Counted from the first letter of the stretch, positions 13,050 through 26,114 are shown. The stretch is 64,000 nucleotides of DNA from Neocallimastix sp. 'constans' (GCA_050613775.1 JBODTK010000132.1:186001-250000), one strand, 5' to 3'. Made by a program: numbers and translations. Notes: generated from the sequence alone by a model not told the origin.

Positions 13050-13860
13050 AAATATTATAATTAAAAAATTAATATTATAACAAAAAAATAATACCAAAGA
13101 AAAAAATGTCAAATGTGTTCAAAGACAAAATAAAAAATTTTCCTTTCCATTCTAATGAAAAAAAGGTTAACGGAACCATTTAAGCTGATATATATGAATA
13201 CCTTAACCATTAATGATGCCCCAATTTATGATAATAATCATTTTATTTCTATTTTGGATGACTATTCTCGTTTTTGGTTGGGTAGTTTTTATCAAATCTA
13301 AAAGTTAGATTTTAACAGCTTTGTATCGTGTGATATAATAACATTAAAAATATTTTCAACAGAAGTATTAAGCATTTAAGAGCTGATAACCAACAACCTA
13401 TATGTAAAATTTTGTAATGATAATGGATTAATTCATGAATATACCATTCCTTATTCTTCACATCAAAATGGCCGAATAGAAAGATTTCATGATATACTTT
13501 TTTTCCCAATGCTTGTGTTATATTAGAGGAAGCCAAATTAAATCATCCATTCTAGGAAGATGCTATTAACATTATTAATATTATTCATATTAGAATTACA
13601 TATAAAGATATTAGCAATAAAAGACCTTATAAATTTTTATTTAATAAAAAATGTTGATTTTTCAAAATTTTGTGTATCTGAATGCATAGTTTTCTTTTAC
13701 GCCCCTAAACACTTTTGTAAAAAGTTATATAACTCTGCTTTACCAGGTATATTTTTAGTGGGTATTATTCCAATCCCTCCACTTATATAGGATTTATGAT
13801 TTTACCAATAATAAAATTATTTTATCTTATTCTCTAAAATTTTTTGAAGATATTCATGGG
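13050..13860 (+). pseudogene. Degenerate copia integrase remnant
   Basis: Fragments KCQMCSK, HFISILDDYSRF, YTIPYSSHQNGRIERFH and LPGIFL, with frameshifts and stops. Confidence 0.85.
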
Positions 13861-13938
13861 AATTGTTTTTCTCTTTCTAATTTTCTAAATTTTACACTGA
13901 ATTTATGAAATCAGGGAAGATGATCAATTATTCAATTA

Positions 13939-13939
<1 letters not shown>

Positions 13940-14016
<77 letters not shown>
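13940..14016. repeat. (AAT)n microsatellite
   Basis: Direct reading. Confidence 0.9.
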
Positions 14017-14017
<1 letters not shown>

Positions 14018-14059
14018 TCAATAATAATATCAATAATATTTTTCATAATGAAAATAACG

Positions 14060-15438
14060 CTAGTAATAATGTTAGCAATGCCTCATTATCATCATAACAA
14101 ATAGAAAATATCATATTTTTTAATATCAAATATTTTATAAAAATTTTCTTTCAGCACGTCCATGCTTAGTATTTCAAAGATTAACTTGCATATTTTTTTT
14201 TGCTTTTTTTGATCAAGCCATTCACAATATCGAAGGGTAAAATGATTGTATTGTATGAATACGTATTTATGATGATTATTAATACCCTTATTAATTTCTT
14301 TATAATAATGCTTTTTCATCATTTTGGAAATAGTTTTGTCAGGGTTATTTATTATTTCCTATTTCTTAAGCATATAGTCACTGCAAATAATATTTTAGAA
14401 AAATCATCTATATTTTTTGTCTTATTACTAGAATAAGATGGTTTTTCTGCTTTTGATAACTATGAAATGTATATCAACCCATCATCTTCTTTCCAATAGG
14501 GATAGAACAAATTTTTAATTTCATTCAAATAACTAACTAAAGAAAATTTTATAATATCTAACTTCCGTATAGGTGAGTACTTCAAAAAATTGTTTAAATG
14601 ATTTTTGTTAGAATTTATTTTCAGTTATAATAATTATTTCGATAGTAAGAGTACTGTCTGTTTTTGAAATATATTCATTATTAATATCATCATTATTAAT
14701 ATCATAATTATTAATATTGTCATTAATACCAATTCTTTAGTTTAGAACATCCTCATTAATATTGTTTTTATGGATTTGATTTCCTTTTTATTCCTTTTTC
14801 CAATTTTGTTCATTATACTATTATTTAAATATAAATGATAATTTAGTAAATTTTTGCATTATATATTTCTGCTAGAATATTTTATAATTTTTTTTATCTA
14901 TGACTATACTTTTACATGAAATGATCTCGATGAATCTCTGGAGTATTGATTCATTTAATGTAGGGATTTATTTCATCAATTCATACATAAATATATAAGA
15001 TTTGTCTATAAAGGATTGATTTAAATACTGACTGATAATTTTTAAAATCAAAGTCATAGTATTTCTAATATATATCGAAGAGCAATTAACGGCTGTTGTT
15101 GGGTTATTAATAGCATCACTAATTTCTCTAGAACTATATTCCTTAGGTTTAGTAGTAACCATGGCCTCATTTGAAGCGTTTTATAATGCTCGAATATATT
15201 TTAATGCGTCATTGTATTTTCTTTCACAAACGATATATTTTAAATAATCTATACCGTATTTTATTTCATTAGTACACTTAACTTTAGGATTATACTCCAT
15301 GTACAAATACATATCCACTTTCTGTTCATTTTCAGATAGAGCATCATGAGACCCGACTCTTCGAATACATCCTATAATTTGATTAACTTTTTCATAATTC
15401 CAATGAGGGGTTAAATCATGAAACTGACGAATACTCAT
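14060..15438 (-). pseudogene. C-terminal half of an SF2 helicase of the poxvirus D6/D11 (VETF-small/NPH-I) type; viral or virus-like-plasmid relic
   Basis: ORF 15181-15438: SIRQFHDLTPHWNYEKVNQIIGCIRRVGSHDALSENEQKVDMYLY matches the P-W-N...Q-x-I-G-R-x-x-R-x-x-S-H...V-x-x-Y signature of D6/D11-like helicases. ORF 14968-15162 continues in the same frame after a single stop. The left boundary is approximate. Confidence 0.7.
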
Positions 15439-15632
15439 AGTTATATTGTAATTAGTAATATAATTTCTTGTTTATTAAACTTTTATCTATATAAAAATGA
15501 ATTATGTATTATCTATTATATATATTACTTTATTATATTATATTAAATATATTTATTTTATTTAATAAATTAATAATTTTGAATTAATTTTATATTTAAA
15601 ATAAAAATTTAAAAATATTTTATTTAAATTTA

Positions 15633-16790
15633 TTAATTTGTGTGACGAATAATATAATCAAAAATAACCGAATCGATATTAGTTGTAGGTATTGTATAGA
15701 CTTCATTTATTAATTTTTCAGTAACATTATCAATGGAATCCAGTAAATTTTTTAAAGGAATACAATCTGCTATATAAATCGAAATTAAATGAAGTAGTTT
15801 ATATTCATGTACCATTCTTTAGGCATCTCACGTAAATTTCAAATAAAAGTTATATTTATAATTATATATAATGTTAAGCAATTAAGTTTGATTATTGCCA
15901 TCAATAACACATTGAAGAATTCCTTCATGAACTAATATTTAATCTTTAAAAGATAAATTTTGATTTCTTGGAAGTAGACATATGGTACGACTATTACCTG
16001 GATAAAAACGAACTGCCATTAACGAGGTAGTTTGCAATGTTTGTTATCAATTAATATTAACATGATCTTAAAGTTTATATCCAAACGAAATCAGTTGGTC
16101 AGTGAATTCCTTAGGAATTAAAACAGTATTCAATGGAATATCAGTATTTTGTAGGATTACACTCGGAAGACGAAAGTTCTGTCGTTTTGCCGAAACATAT
16201 TCTTCTAAATAATCTTGTTTTTCCTAATAACATCTATTTAATAAAGGTTTTTCTGAATCTTCTATCGTATCTTTTATACAATGAATTCCTAGAGTTTTTT
16301 AAAATAAATTAAAAGCTCTTATAACCAAACTAGATTGCTTGAAGTAAAAATTTTCATTTGGATACTTATAATTCAAATCTAATAATATAATATAAAGAAT
16401 GGTCACTAGAATCTTTTATATACGGATGCATATTAATTGAGATACTGGGATATTGTTTTATTAATACCTTTTTATATTGAATTGATGGATCATCTTTATA
16501 ATCCTTGTACATTTCATCAATGGTTAATTTTTGAATCTCAAAAGAAAATCCATATTCTGAATACGTTTACATTTCTATATTTTTGTTACTTTTTCTTTCA
16601 ATATCTGAATTATTTAACTATATTTGTCTTATAAAGTGAAACTGAAGAAGGAATTATTCACTTTTTACAGTAAATGGATTTTGCATCATTTGATATTTTA
16701 TATTTTTTACATACAATGAAAATATGAGTGATTTCTTTGCATAAAATATTTATAAATAACGGATGTACAATGCTATGATGAAGTGATATT
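15633..16790 (-). pseudogene. Compact, intronless DNA-directed RNA polymerase largest-subunit (Rpb1/beta'-like) pseudogene
   Basis: Manual translation gives colinear Rpb1 motifs: ISLHHSIVHPLFINILCKEITHIFIVCK; NIPVS; LLGKTRLFRRICF/AKRQNFRLPSVILQNTDIPLNTVLIPKEF (cf. GKxGRFRxNLxGKRVDFSARxVIxPDPxLxxxxVxIP); VNIN**QTLQTTSLMAVR...SRTICL (cf. NRQPTLHxxSxMAH...TFRL); ILVHEGILQCVID; ISIYIADCI (cf. FSIGIGD). The NADFDGD segment is missing. Confidence 0.8.
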
Positions 16791-17519
16791 CTTTTTAAAT
16801 ATATATTTATTGTATAAATAAATAAATAAATTTAAAAATAAAAGACGTTAAGGATAATAATTTTAGATATATTTTATTAGAATTAAAAAATAAAATTTAA
16901 CAATTAATTGATCATTTTACACCTTTTAAAATTCTTGCGCAGTATTATTTTATTATTTTAATATTAAAAATTTTATATTTCAATTAATAAATAATTAATA
17001 TTTATTATTATCAATTATATTAAATTTTATTATTATTAATTATTATTATTATTTATTGATTCAATAATTTATAAAAAGTAAAATTATTATTTTTTTTATC
17101 CAATAAATAAAAATATAATAAAAAAAAAAAAAAAATAAAAAAAAAAATATCTATTTAATTATTAATTATTTTTAATTTTTTATTTTATAATTTATTATTT
17201 ATCAAATTTTTATTTTCTTAAATATTATAACAAATTTATTATTTATTTATTTATTTATTTTATTATTTATTTTTTTTCTATTTATTGTAAAATGCACCTA
17301 TAAATTTACTCTGATGTATTGTATAAATCACTAGAATTTGTGCTATTATAACATAAAAATATGTAAATAAATTTATTTATAATATCTATAACACAAACTT
17401 TTTCATTAATACCATTATTGATATAAATAATAATACAAAGTTCAATTATTAGTAATGAACTCTTTAAATAACTACATGGTATAAATTAAAACTACATAAT
17501 ATAGAAAATTTTACATTCG

Positions 17520-18050
17520 AGATAATCTTATTTGATTATTAATCTGTATAAACCCATTTATAATGATTAATAAATTTTTCAATTAGTAATTATTCTTCAT
17601 TTCCTCATACTTAATTGGAAGAGATGTAGCTAATTCAAAAGGTTGTTTCATATAATAACTCAAGACTTGAATATTAAATTATATAATTTTTTAGATATTC
17701 TTAAAGCTCATAAAGTAAAAGGTAGGATAATATCTTATTCTTTCTCTTTACTTGCCACTAAACGTAATAATTTTCCTATTTTTCTATTTCTATTTTCGGT
17801 TAAACCGTTAGATTTTGGATATTACGTTACAGTAAATTTAATGCACGCGTCACGCAGATTCAAAAATATTTTTTTGTAAAAAAGAGTTAAAATGTATTTG
17901 CCATTTTCTGTAGTAATTGTACTTGGTTTACCAAATATAGCAAAAACTAAGGACAGAAATTTTATAACAGCACGTGAAGTAATCGTAGATACTAGTTGTG
18001 CTTCAACCCATTTGGTAAAGTAATCTACAACCACAAAAATGTACTGGTTT
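17520..18050 (-). pseudogene. Degenerate Ty3/gypsy integrase remnant
   Basis: YIFVVVDYFTKWVEAQ...FGKPSTITTENGK and YPKSNGLTENRNRKI, with stops. Confidence 0.85.
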
Positions 18051-19544
18051 AGGCAGTGCTCAATTTAAATTGTTCATATAACTAATTATATATTTCCGTA
18101 TATTTGTTTTTCACAAAAATTTATTTAATAAATAAAAATATATATATTGAAATATATTTATATATATATTGCAATTTAGAAAAAAAAAATTTTTTTTTTT
18201 TTTTTTTTAAATTATTTATTTATAAATTTTAAATAGGTTATATTTTTAGTTTTTTTTTCTATATATGTAAATTGTATATCTATGATTTATAAATTTAGCT
18301 AAAAAAAAAGAAATGTTTTATATATTATGATTAAAAAAAAATAATTTTTAAAAATAATTATTGTAGAATAATTATGACTTCTTCCCCTTCAAAGAAAAAT
18401 GATATATCCACAATTGATATAACTTGGTTCGTTACAACTCTTTAAAGAGACAGAAAAATATAATTTATTAATTTATTTATTACATAAATATAATTTATAT
18501 CACGTTACATTAAATCACACTAGAAATCAATGATAATTATGATTTATTAATTTATTTTTATGTAATTTTTTTTTTTTTTACAACCGTAATTGTAATTGTT
18601 GTGAACTTTAACCTTATTAATAACTAAGGTTTTTATTTCAATTTTATATCAATTTATAATTTAAAATTTTAATGTAACCCAATTTATTTAATTAATTATC
18701 AATTAATAATTAATTTTTAATATATTTATTTAATAAGGTAACCTATCGAATTATAATCGAAAAAGTAATATATTATAATAGTTTCAAATTTTAATAGCAT
18801 TAAAAAAAAAAATAAATAGTGAAATATAAAAATTAAAAATTAAAATAATGACTAAAAAAATACATAATTGTTTTCTATACACAAATAACAATGAAAATTT
18901 TTATAATTAAATATTATAAAAATATAATATTAAATTTTTTTTTGTTTTTTTTTCAGTCTTTCAATTAAGAATAATCACTACTTTTTCATTAATAAACAGA
19001 TACTTTGTTAATATATATATTTTTGATAATATTTATTTATTTATTTTTTATTTATTTATTATTATTATTATTTTTTTTTTTTTTGATATTTAAAATTGTT
19101 TCAACAATTTAATTTTTGTTTTTAATATTATTTATTATCTATCTAATTTTACTTTTTACTTTTATTTATTATTTTTTTTTTTTTTTTTTTATTTTTTTAA
19201 ATTTTATTTTTATAGAATTGTTTCAACAATTCATTATTTTATTGTTATTTTTATCTTTATATTATTTTTAATAAAATAAATTTAATCTATTTTTATTGTA
19301 ATTTTAACTTTGGCTTTATATTTACTTTAAAACTTTATGAACTTATATATTTATATAAAATTTTTTCTATATTATTTTTTTTTTAAATTACATCATTAGT
19401 AATTCATAATTATATTCATATATATGAATATATTTAATTATTCAATATATAATATATAAAAGAATAAAAAAAAAAAAAAAACATGAATTATTTCTGTTTT
19501 TTTTTTTATTTATTTATAAGTTTATTTATTTAATTTTAATTTAT

Positions 19545-20657
19545 TTAGTTTTGTTCATCAGCACTGTCTTCTTCAGCACTGTCAACATCAGCATCAACAG
19601 TAGTATCAGCAACATCAGCTTCATCAGCTTGGTCATCAGATTCTTCAACGTTGTTGTATTCCTTAAGGACATTAAGCATAGCATAATAAGCTGGCTTTGG
19701 AGCATAGTTAGCATCGAAAGCAAGTGGATAACCATTAGATCTCCAACTGTTACTGTCACCAACACCCCATACGATGAAACCAGTACAATTTGGACTGTCT
19801 AAGCAAGCTCTGAGACCTTCACCGTAAAGCTTAGCTTGTAAAGCAAAGGCTTCTTCAGTTTTTCCTTCAACACTATTGACATCCATTTCAGTAATTTGAA
19901 CTTCAAGACCTAATTCAGCATATCTACGCATGGTTTCAACAACTTTTTCATATTCTGGATAAGCATTGGTGTGAAGATGATATTGAAGACCAACACCATC
20001 AATTGGAACACCACGATCAACTAAATCTTTAACTAAGTTGTAGACAGAGTCAGTCTTTGATCCGTAAAGACCTTCATTATTGTAATCATTGTAGTATAAT
20101 TTAACTTCTGGATCGACTTCACGAGCAGTCTTGAAAGCAATATCAATGTAATCTGGGCATTCACGAGTAAGGAAGTTATCACGTAATTGGAAAGTACCAT
20201 TTTCACCAGATGACCAATCATCAACAGCTTCGTTAACAATATCCCAGGTATCAATCTTACCCTTGTAGTGAGTTAAAACTGTAGTAATGTGATCAACAAT
20301 AGCATTTTTCATATTATCGTAACCCTTAATGTTTTGGAACCATTCTGGTTGATAGTCAAACCAGATTAAACAGTGACCTCTGAATTTCATACCTAATTCT
20401 TCAGCCTTTGCTAAATGAGCATCACAATCAGTAAAATCGTAAACACCTTGTTCGGCTTGAATATTTGGTAATTTACAACCATTTTCAGCAACCATAGTGT
20501 TATATTGGTTGGTAGCTTCTAAGTAACCTTCTTCTTCGAAAAATCTAGTGTTTGCAGCAACACCAATTGAAAAACCATTGGCAGCTTCCTTTAAGGATAA
20601 ATCAGCAAAAGCAGTAGTAGCAGAAGCGACTAAACCTAAGATAGTACTAACCTTCAT
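19545..20657 (-). CDS. Secreted GH10 endo-1,4-beta-xylanase, single domain plus acidic tail (370 aa)
   Basis: Signal peptide MKVSTILGLVASATTAFA; ENGCK, RGHCLIW, WDIVNE (acid/base Glu), YNDYN, IDGVGLQYH, QITEMD (nucleophile Glu), WGV..SW, PKPAY; intronless. Confidence 0.95.
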   Translation of the reverse strand: MKVSTILGLVASATTAFADLSLKEAANGFSIGVAANTRFFEEEGYLEATNQYNTMVAENGCKLPNIQAEQGVYDFTDCDAHLAKAEELGMKFRGHCLIWFDYQPEWFQNIKGYDNMKNAIVDHITTVLTHYKGKIDTWDIVNEAVDDWSSGENGTFQLRDNFLTRECPDYIDIAFKTAREVDPEVKLYYNDYNNEGLYGSKTDSVYNLVKDLVDRGVPIDGVGLQYHLHTNAYPEYEKVVETMRRYAELGLEVQITEMDVNSVEGKTEEAFALQAKLYGEGLRACLDSPNCTGFIVWGVGDSNSWRSNGYPLAFDANYAPKPAYYAMLNVLKEYNNVEESDDQADEADVADTTVDADVDSAEEDSADEQN

Positions 20658-20822
20658 TTTATATATATATTATTATATTAATAAAATCAAATTAAAATAA
20701 ACCAACTTTTATAAATTTTCTAATAAGAAAAATTTTTAAAAATTTTAATAAAATATTATTTTATAATAATAATTATATGAAAAAGAAAAAAAAAGAAAAG
20801 AAAAAAGGTATTCCAAAAACAA

Positions 20823-20836
20823 GTATTTATAGTTTT
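20823..20836 (-). promoter_or_regulatory. Conserved TATA-like element AAAACTATAAATAC upstream of a GH10 gene
   Basis: The same 14-mer occurs ~150-210 bp upstream of four GH10 ATGs. Confidence 0.6.
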
Positions 20837-22561
20837 AATTATTTTTATCTTTTTTTTTTTAAAAAAAAAAAAATAATGAATTTTAATTCAATTAATTAAA
20901 AAAAATATAATATATATACTTATATAAAAATCTTATATAATAAAGTTTTCTATCTAATATTTAAACATTTTGTTTATTTTTTAATATTAAATTTTTTCCA
21001 AAATTTTATAAACTATTAAATTATTATTATAAACTTAAATAAATAGAATTTTTATAAAAATATATATAATAATCCATTTAGTTTTTATATTTTCTATATT
21101 TTAAATTTTATATAATAAAAATAAAAAAAAATTTTTATAAAAGAAGTTTTACTGTTAATTATGATATAGTTTATAATAAATTTTTTAATATTTGACTGAG
21201 TATCTAAACAAAATCCAATTATATAATATATTAATTAAATTTTTGATTTGCAAAGCATTTTATGTTATTTATATTAAATAAAGTTTACCAATATTATAAA
21301 TGAATATTTTTTAATATATAATATAAGAAAGATAAAACAAATTAAAAAAAAAATTAAGGAATACTAATTATATAATCATATATATTATATTTTTAAAAAA
21401 TTAAACTCTATATATCAATATAATATAGAATAATAAATGAATTGATTTACTTAATTTGTGTAATTTTATTTAAAAATTTTTTTCAAAAAGATAATTATGA
21501 CTATAATTATTAGTAAAAAGTGTTAACATTTCTTCTTTTTTTTTCTTTTTTTAGTAAAATACTTATTCCAGTATATAAACTTTAAAATATATACAATTGT
21601 TTTGAATAAACTTTAATTAATTATTATTTATTTATTATATTATTATATAAATAATTAAAGTAGTAATAATAATTAATATTATATTAATAATTAAACTAGT
21701 AATAATTAAATGTAGTATATAGTATTTATAATTTTTTTTTTTTTTTTTACATTATATCATTGTTTTGATGTCGAAACCTGGCTGACTAGCTTTCAAGTAT
21801 TCAAAGGTACTTCGGAGTACAATGCTATTATGGAAATTTATTCAAAGTTTTAAATCTACTAATTGAATTTAAAATATAAAGAAATATTTATTAAAATAAA
21901 AAAGTTGTTAGAAGAAAAGGGAAAAAAATTTTTTCTTTTATTATTATTATTATTATTATTTTTATACTTTTATAACAGATATATTTGAACAAATAAATAT
22001 TTTTACGTAATTAAAAAAAAGAAATTATATATAAGAATAAAATTAAAATAGAAAAATGAAAATACACAAAAAAAATAAAATCATAATTAAAAGATTTAAA
22101 GTTATTAAAAAATTTTAAGTGGAAACAGGATTAAAAAGAGTGAAATATTAATTAATATAAAAATTTTTTTTTAATCTTTTAAATAACCAACCAATTAACT
22201 AGCTAACAAAACATAAATTATAAAATGAAAAAAAAAAATTAACATTAATTTAATAAAATATAGTATTTATGTTTTTACTTTATGTTTTTATGAAGTTATA
22301 TCCGTCGTTTTACATATATAAATTAGATTTTAATTGGATTTAAAATATAAAGAAATATTTACTAAAATAAAAATTATTAAAATATTAATATTAATAAACT
22401 TCAAAGAAAAATAAAGATAGTTAGGAAAATTAATTACAATTTCAATTTTTATTAATTGTTATGAAATCATATGTAAAACAATTTTAATTTAATTTTATTA
22501 TATAGTATTTTTTTTATTAAAATTTTTAAGGACACATCATTTTTTTTTCCACTATTTACTA

Positions 22562-22595
<34 letters not shown>

Positions 22596-24835
22596 CTTTT
22601 CTTTTAAATATAATAATAAAAGAAAAAAAATATTTAATAATATAAAAAAAAGAAAAAGAAAATATGTAACATTTTATTAATATAAATATTATTATTCTAT
22701 TAAAATCTTATATTATAAATAGTTAATTATTATTTTAATAAATATTTATTATTTTATAAATAAACTTATTTCTAATTTAATTTTTGTTGTTTTTGTTTTT
22801 TAAAATAAAAAATTATCATTTATTGGAATATATTATAATATATATTATTTGTGTAACATTTATCTTTAATAATTATTATTTATAATAAATTAAAAACTGA
22901 AATTAAAAAATTTTATATCCATCTATCCAAAAAAGAAAATTTATATATAATTTAAAAATATAATAAATATTCAAATTTAATATTATTAAATCTTAATACA
23001 ATTTGAAAATACATTGATGCAAAACTACTGGTTTATTTTTACTTTTATTATTTATTATTATTATTATTATTATTTTTCTTAATAATTATAATCCTTTCCT
23101 TAATCGAATATTTATGAATATTTATGTATGGGTTAGTTAAAGAATAACTACATTTAAGTTTTATATGATCTTTTTATTTATTATATTCATTTTTACTAAT
23201 ATTTATTTATTTTAGTGTTGAATTTTTTTTGTTCTTTTAAATTTAAAAATATATAATGATGATTGCTTAATTAAACTATTTAAAATTCATCCTCTTCAAA
23301 AAAAAAAAAAAAAAAAAAAAAAAATATTCAAATATATATATATATATAAAAAAGGATATCAATAAAATAAATAAATAATATGTTTTAATTCAATTAATGA
23401 ATTCTTAATTTTTTTAAAAAAAAAATTCATATTAATATATAAATATATAGAATAAAAAAAATAATTAATATACAAAGAAGAATTAATCTTTTTTGTTTAA
23501 AAGAACCAAAATATATAACATTTTTATCAACTGACAACATAATGAATTAATTATTCTTATAAATAATTATTAATAATATATTATCCTAAAAACAACATTA
23601 ATATCTTTTACAAAAAAATTTTTTTTTAAACAATAAATTATAGAATCACTATCCATGACTGTCCATAATATTATTTTTATTCTTAATAAACCCTTTTGAT
23701 TATACTTTTCTTTTAAAATAAAAATTAATATTTATACTTTACATATTTTCTCAAATGCAACTTAAATATCAAGATATAAAAGTTCGTGCTACAAAATAAT
23801 TAATTTTTTTTTTTTTTTTTTAATTTTCTATAAGTTTAAGTCTCTTATTTATATAATTTCATTTTTTTTTTTTTTTTTTTTTTTTTTCTTATATATTTTA
23901 TTTTTTGCTATTTCATATCTCATTTCACATAATCCAATATCTTTTATGGATTATTTTTAATTTCTAAATTAATAAATAGAAAATATAAACTCTAATTTTG
24001 AAAGATATTAAAAAAAATTAATAAATAATAATAATAAAAAAAAAAAAGGAGGAAAAAGGAGGAAAGAAAATTTTCTATCGTATTACAATTATTATTAAAA
24101 AATTATAAATGTATATATATATATTTTTATTTTTTTCATTTTCTATATACAATAATTAATATTTTTATAATATTTAATATTTAATTTAATTTAATTTTTC
24201 AGCTTTATTATATATATTAATATATAAATAAAGAGAAAATTGTTAATATATTTTTCAAATATTATTTATTGATCTATTGATTTATTATTAGAATTAGGAT
24301 TTATTATACATTTATATCAATTTATTTATTACTTATTTATTAATATTATATTTATAATTATTATTATTTTAATTATTTTTATTTTAATAATAGAGTAAAT
24401 AAATAGTTAATAACTAAGCTTTTTCAATTCAAATTATTATATTTATTTTTACTAATGTGAAGAATATAATAGTTTTAATATATGTATATAATTAAATAAT
24501 TTTCATTTATTTATTAATTTTTTTTTTTTTTTTTATTTATTTTATTATAATTATTTTATCTTTTTAATATATAATTAGTATTATATAGTTGGATTTTAGT
24601 TTATTATATTTAAATATAAAAAATTTAATTATATATAATTTATGATTTGGAAAAGTGTTTTATATGTAAAATTGGAATTATTGTATTATTATTCATAATA
24701 AATAAAATTTCTCCTTTTAATTTAATTAATATATGTAGATTTTTATTAATTGAAATATTTAATTTAATTTTATTAAATTTAATTTTCTTTTAAATAATAA
24801 TAAAAAAAAAGATTAAAATATTATTTCAAATAAAA

Positions 24836-24849
24836 AAAACTATAAATAC
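24836..24849 (+). promoter_or_regulatory. Conserved TATA-like element AAAACTATAAATAC
   Basis: Same motif as at 20823, 44282 and 50599. Confidence 0.6.
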
Positions 24850-25001
24850 TTGTTTTTGGAATACCTTTTTTTTTTTTTTTTTTTTTTTTTTCTTATAAAA
24901 TAATATTTTATTAAAATTTTTAAAAATTTTTCTTATTAGAAAATTTATAAAAGTTGGTTTATTTTAATTTGATTTTATTAATATAATAATATATATATAA
25001 A

Positions 25002-26114
25002 ATGAAGGTTAGTACTATCTTAGGTTTAGTCGCTTCTGCTACTACTGCTTTTGCTGATTTATCCTTAAAGGAAGCTGCCAATGGTTTTTCAATTGGTGTT
25101 GCTGCAAACACTAGATTTTTCGAAGAAGAAGGTTACTTAGAAGCTACCAACCAATATAACACTATGGTTGCTGAAAATGGTTGTAAATTATCTGGTATTC
25201 AAGCCGAACAAGGTGTTTACGATTTTACTGATTGTGATGCTCATTTAGCAAAGGCTGAAGAATTAGGTATGAAATTCAGAGGTCACTGTTTAATCTGGTT
25301 TAACTATCAACCAGAATGGTTCCAAAACATTAAGGGTTACGATAATATGAAAAATGCTATTGTTGATCACATTACTACAGTTTTAACTCACTACAAGGGT
25401 AAGATTGATACCTGGGATGTTGTTAACGAAGCTATTGATGATGGATCTTCTGGTGAAAATGGTACTTTCCAATTACGTGATTCCTTCCTTACTCGTGAAT
25501 GCCCAGATTACATTGATATTGCTTTCAAGACTGCTCGTGAAGTCGATCCAGAAGTTAAATTATACTACAATGATTACAATAATGAAGGTCTTTACGGATC
25601 AAAGACTGACTCTGTCTACAACTTAGTTAAGGATATGGTTGATCGTGGTGTTCCAATTGATGGTGTTGGTCTTCAATATCACCTTCACACCAATGCTTAT
25701 CCAGAATATGAAAAAGTTGTTGAAACCATGCGTAGATATGCTGAATTAGGTCTTGAAGTTCAAATTACTGAAATGGATGTCAATAGTGTTGAAGGAAAAA
25801 CTGAAGAAGCCTTTGCTTTACAAGCTAAGCTTTACGGTGAAGGTCTCAGAGCTTGCTTAAACAGTCCAAATTGTACTGGTTTCATTACATGGGGTGTTGG
25901 TGACAGTAACAGTTGGAGATCTAATGGTTATCCACTTGCTTTCGATGTTAACTATGCTCCAAAACCAGCTTATTATGCTATGCTTAATGTCCTTAAGGAA
26001 TACAACAACGTTGAAGAATCTGATGACCAAGCTGATGAAGTTGATGATGCTGATACTACTGTTGATGCTGATGTTGACAGTGCTGAAGAAGATAGTGCTG
26101 ATGAACAAAACTAA
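25002..26114 (+). CDS. Secreted GH10 xylanase (370 aa), inverted near-twin of 19545-20657
   Basis: Same GH10 motifs (WDVVNE, QITEMD). I count 13 amino-acid differences from the twin. Confidence 0.95.
   Translation: MKVSTILGLVASATTAFADLSLKEAANGFSIGVAANTRFFEEEGYLEATNQYNTMVAENGCKLSGIQAEQGVYDFTDCDAHLAKAEELGMKFRGHCLIWFNYQPEWFQNIKGYDNMKNAIVDHITTVLTHYKGKIDTWDVVNEAIDDGSSGENGTFQLRDSFLTRECPDYIDIAFKTAREVDPEVKLYYNDYNNEGLYGSKTDSVYNLVKDMVDRGVPIDGVGLQYHLHTNAYPEYEKVVETMRRYAELGLEVQITEMDVNSVEGKTEEAFALQAKLYGEGLRACLNSPNCTGFITWGVGDSNSWRSNGYPLAFDVNYAPKPAYYAMLNVLKEYNNVEESDDQADEVDDADTTVDADVDSAEEDSADEQN

Noticed and set aside
15633..16790. Functional host RPB1/RPC1/RPA1 gene
   Set aside because: Multiple stops and frameshifts, catalytic motif missing, and far too divergent and compact for a host polymerase subunit.
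21765..21852. Short higher-GC island (DVETWLTSFQVFKG...) in the spacer between the inverted genes
   Set aside because: Too short to assign; possibly a retroelement scrap.
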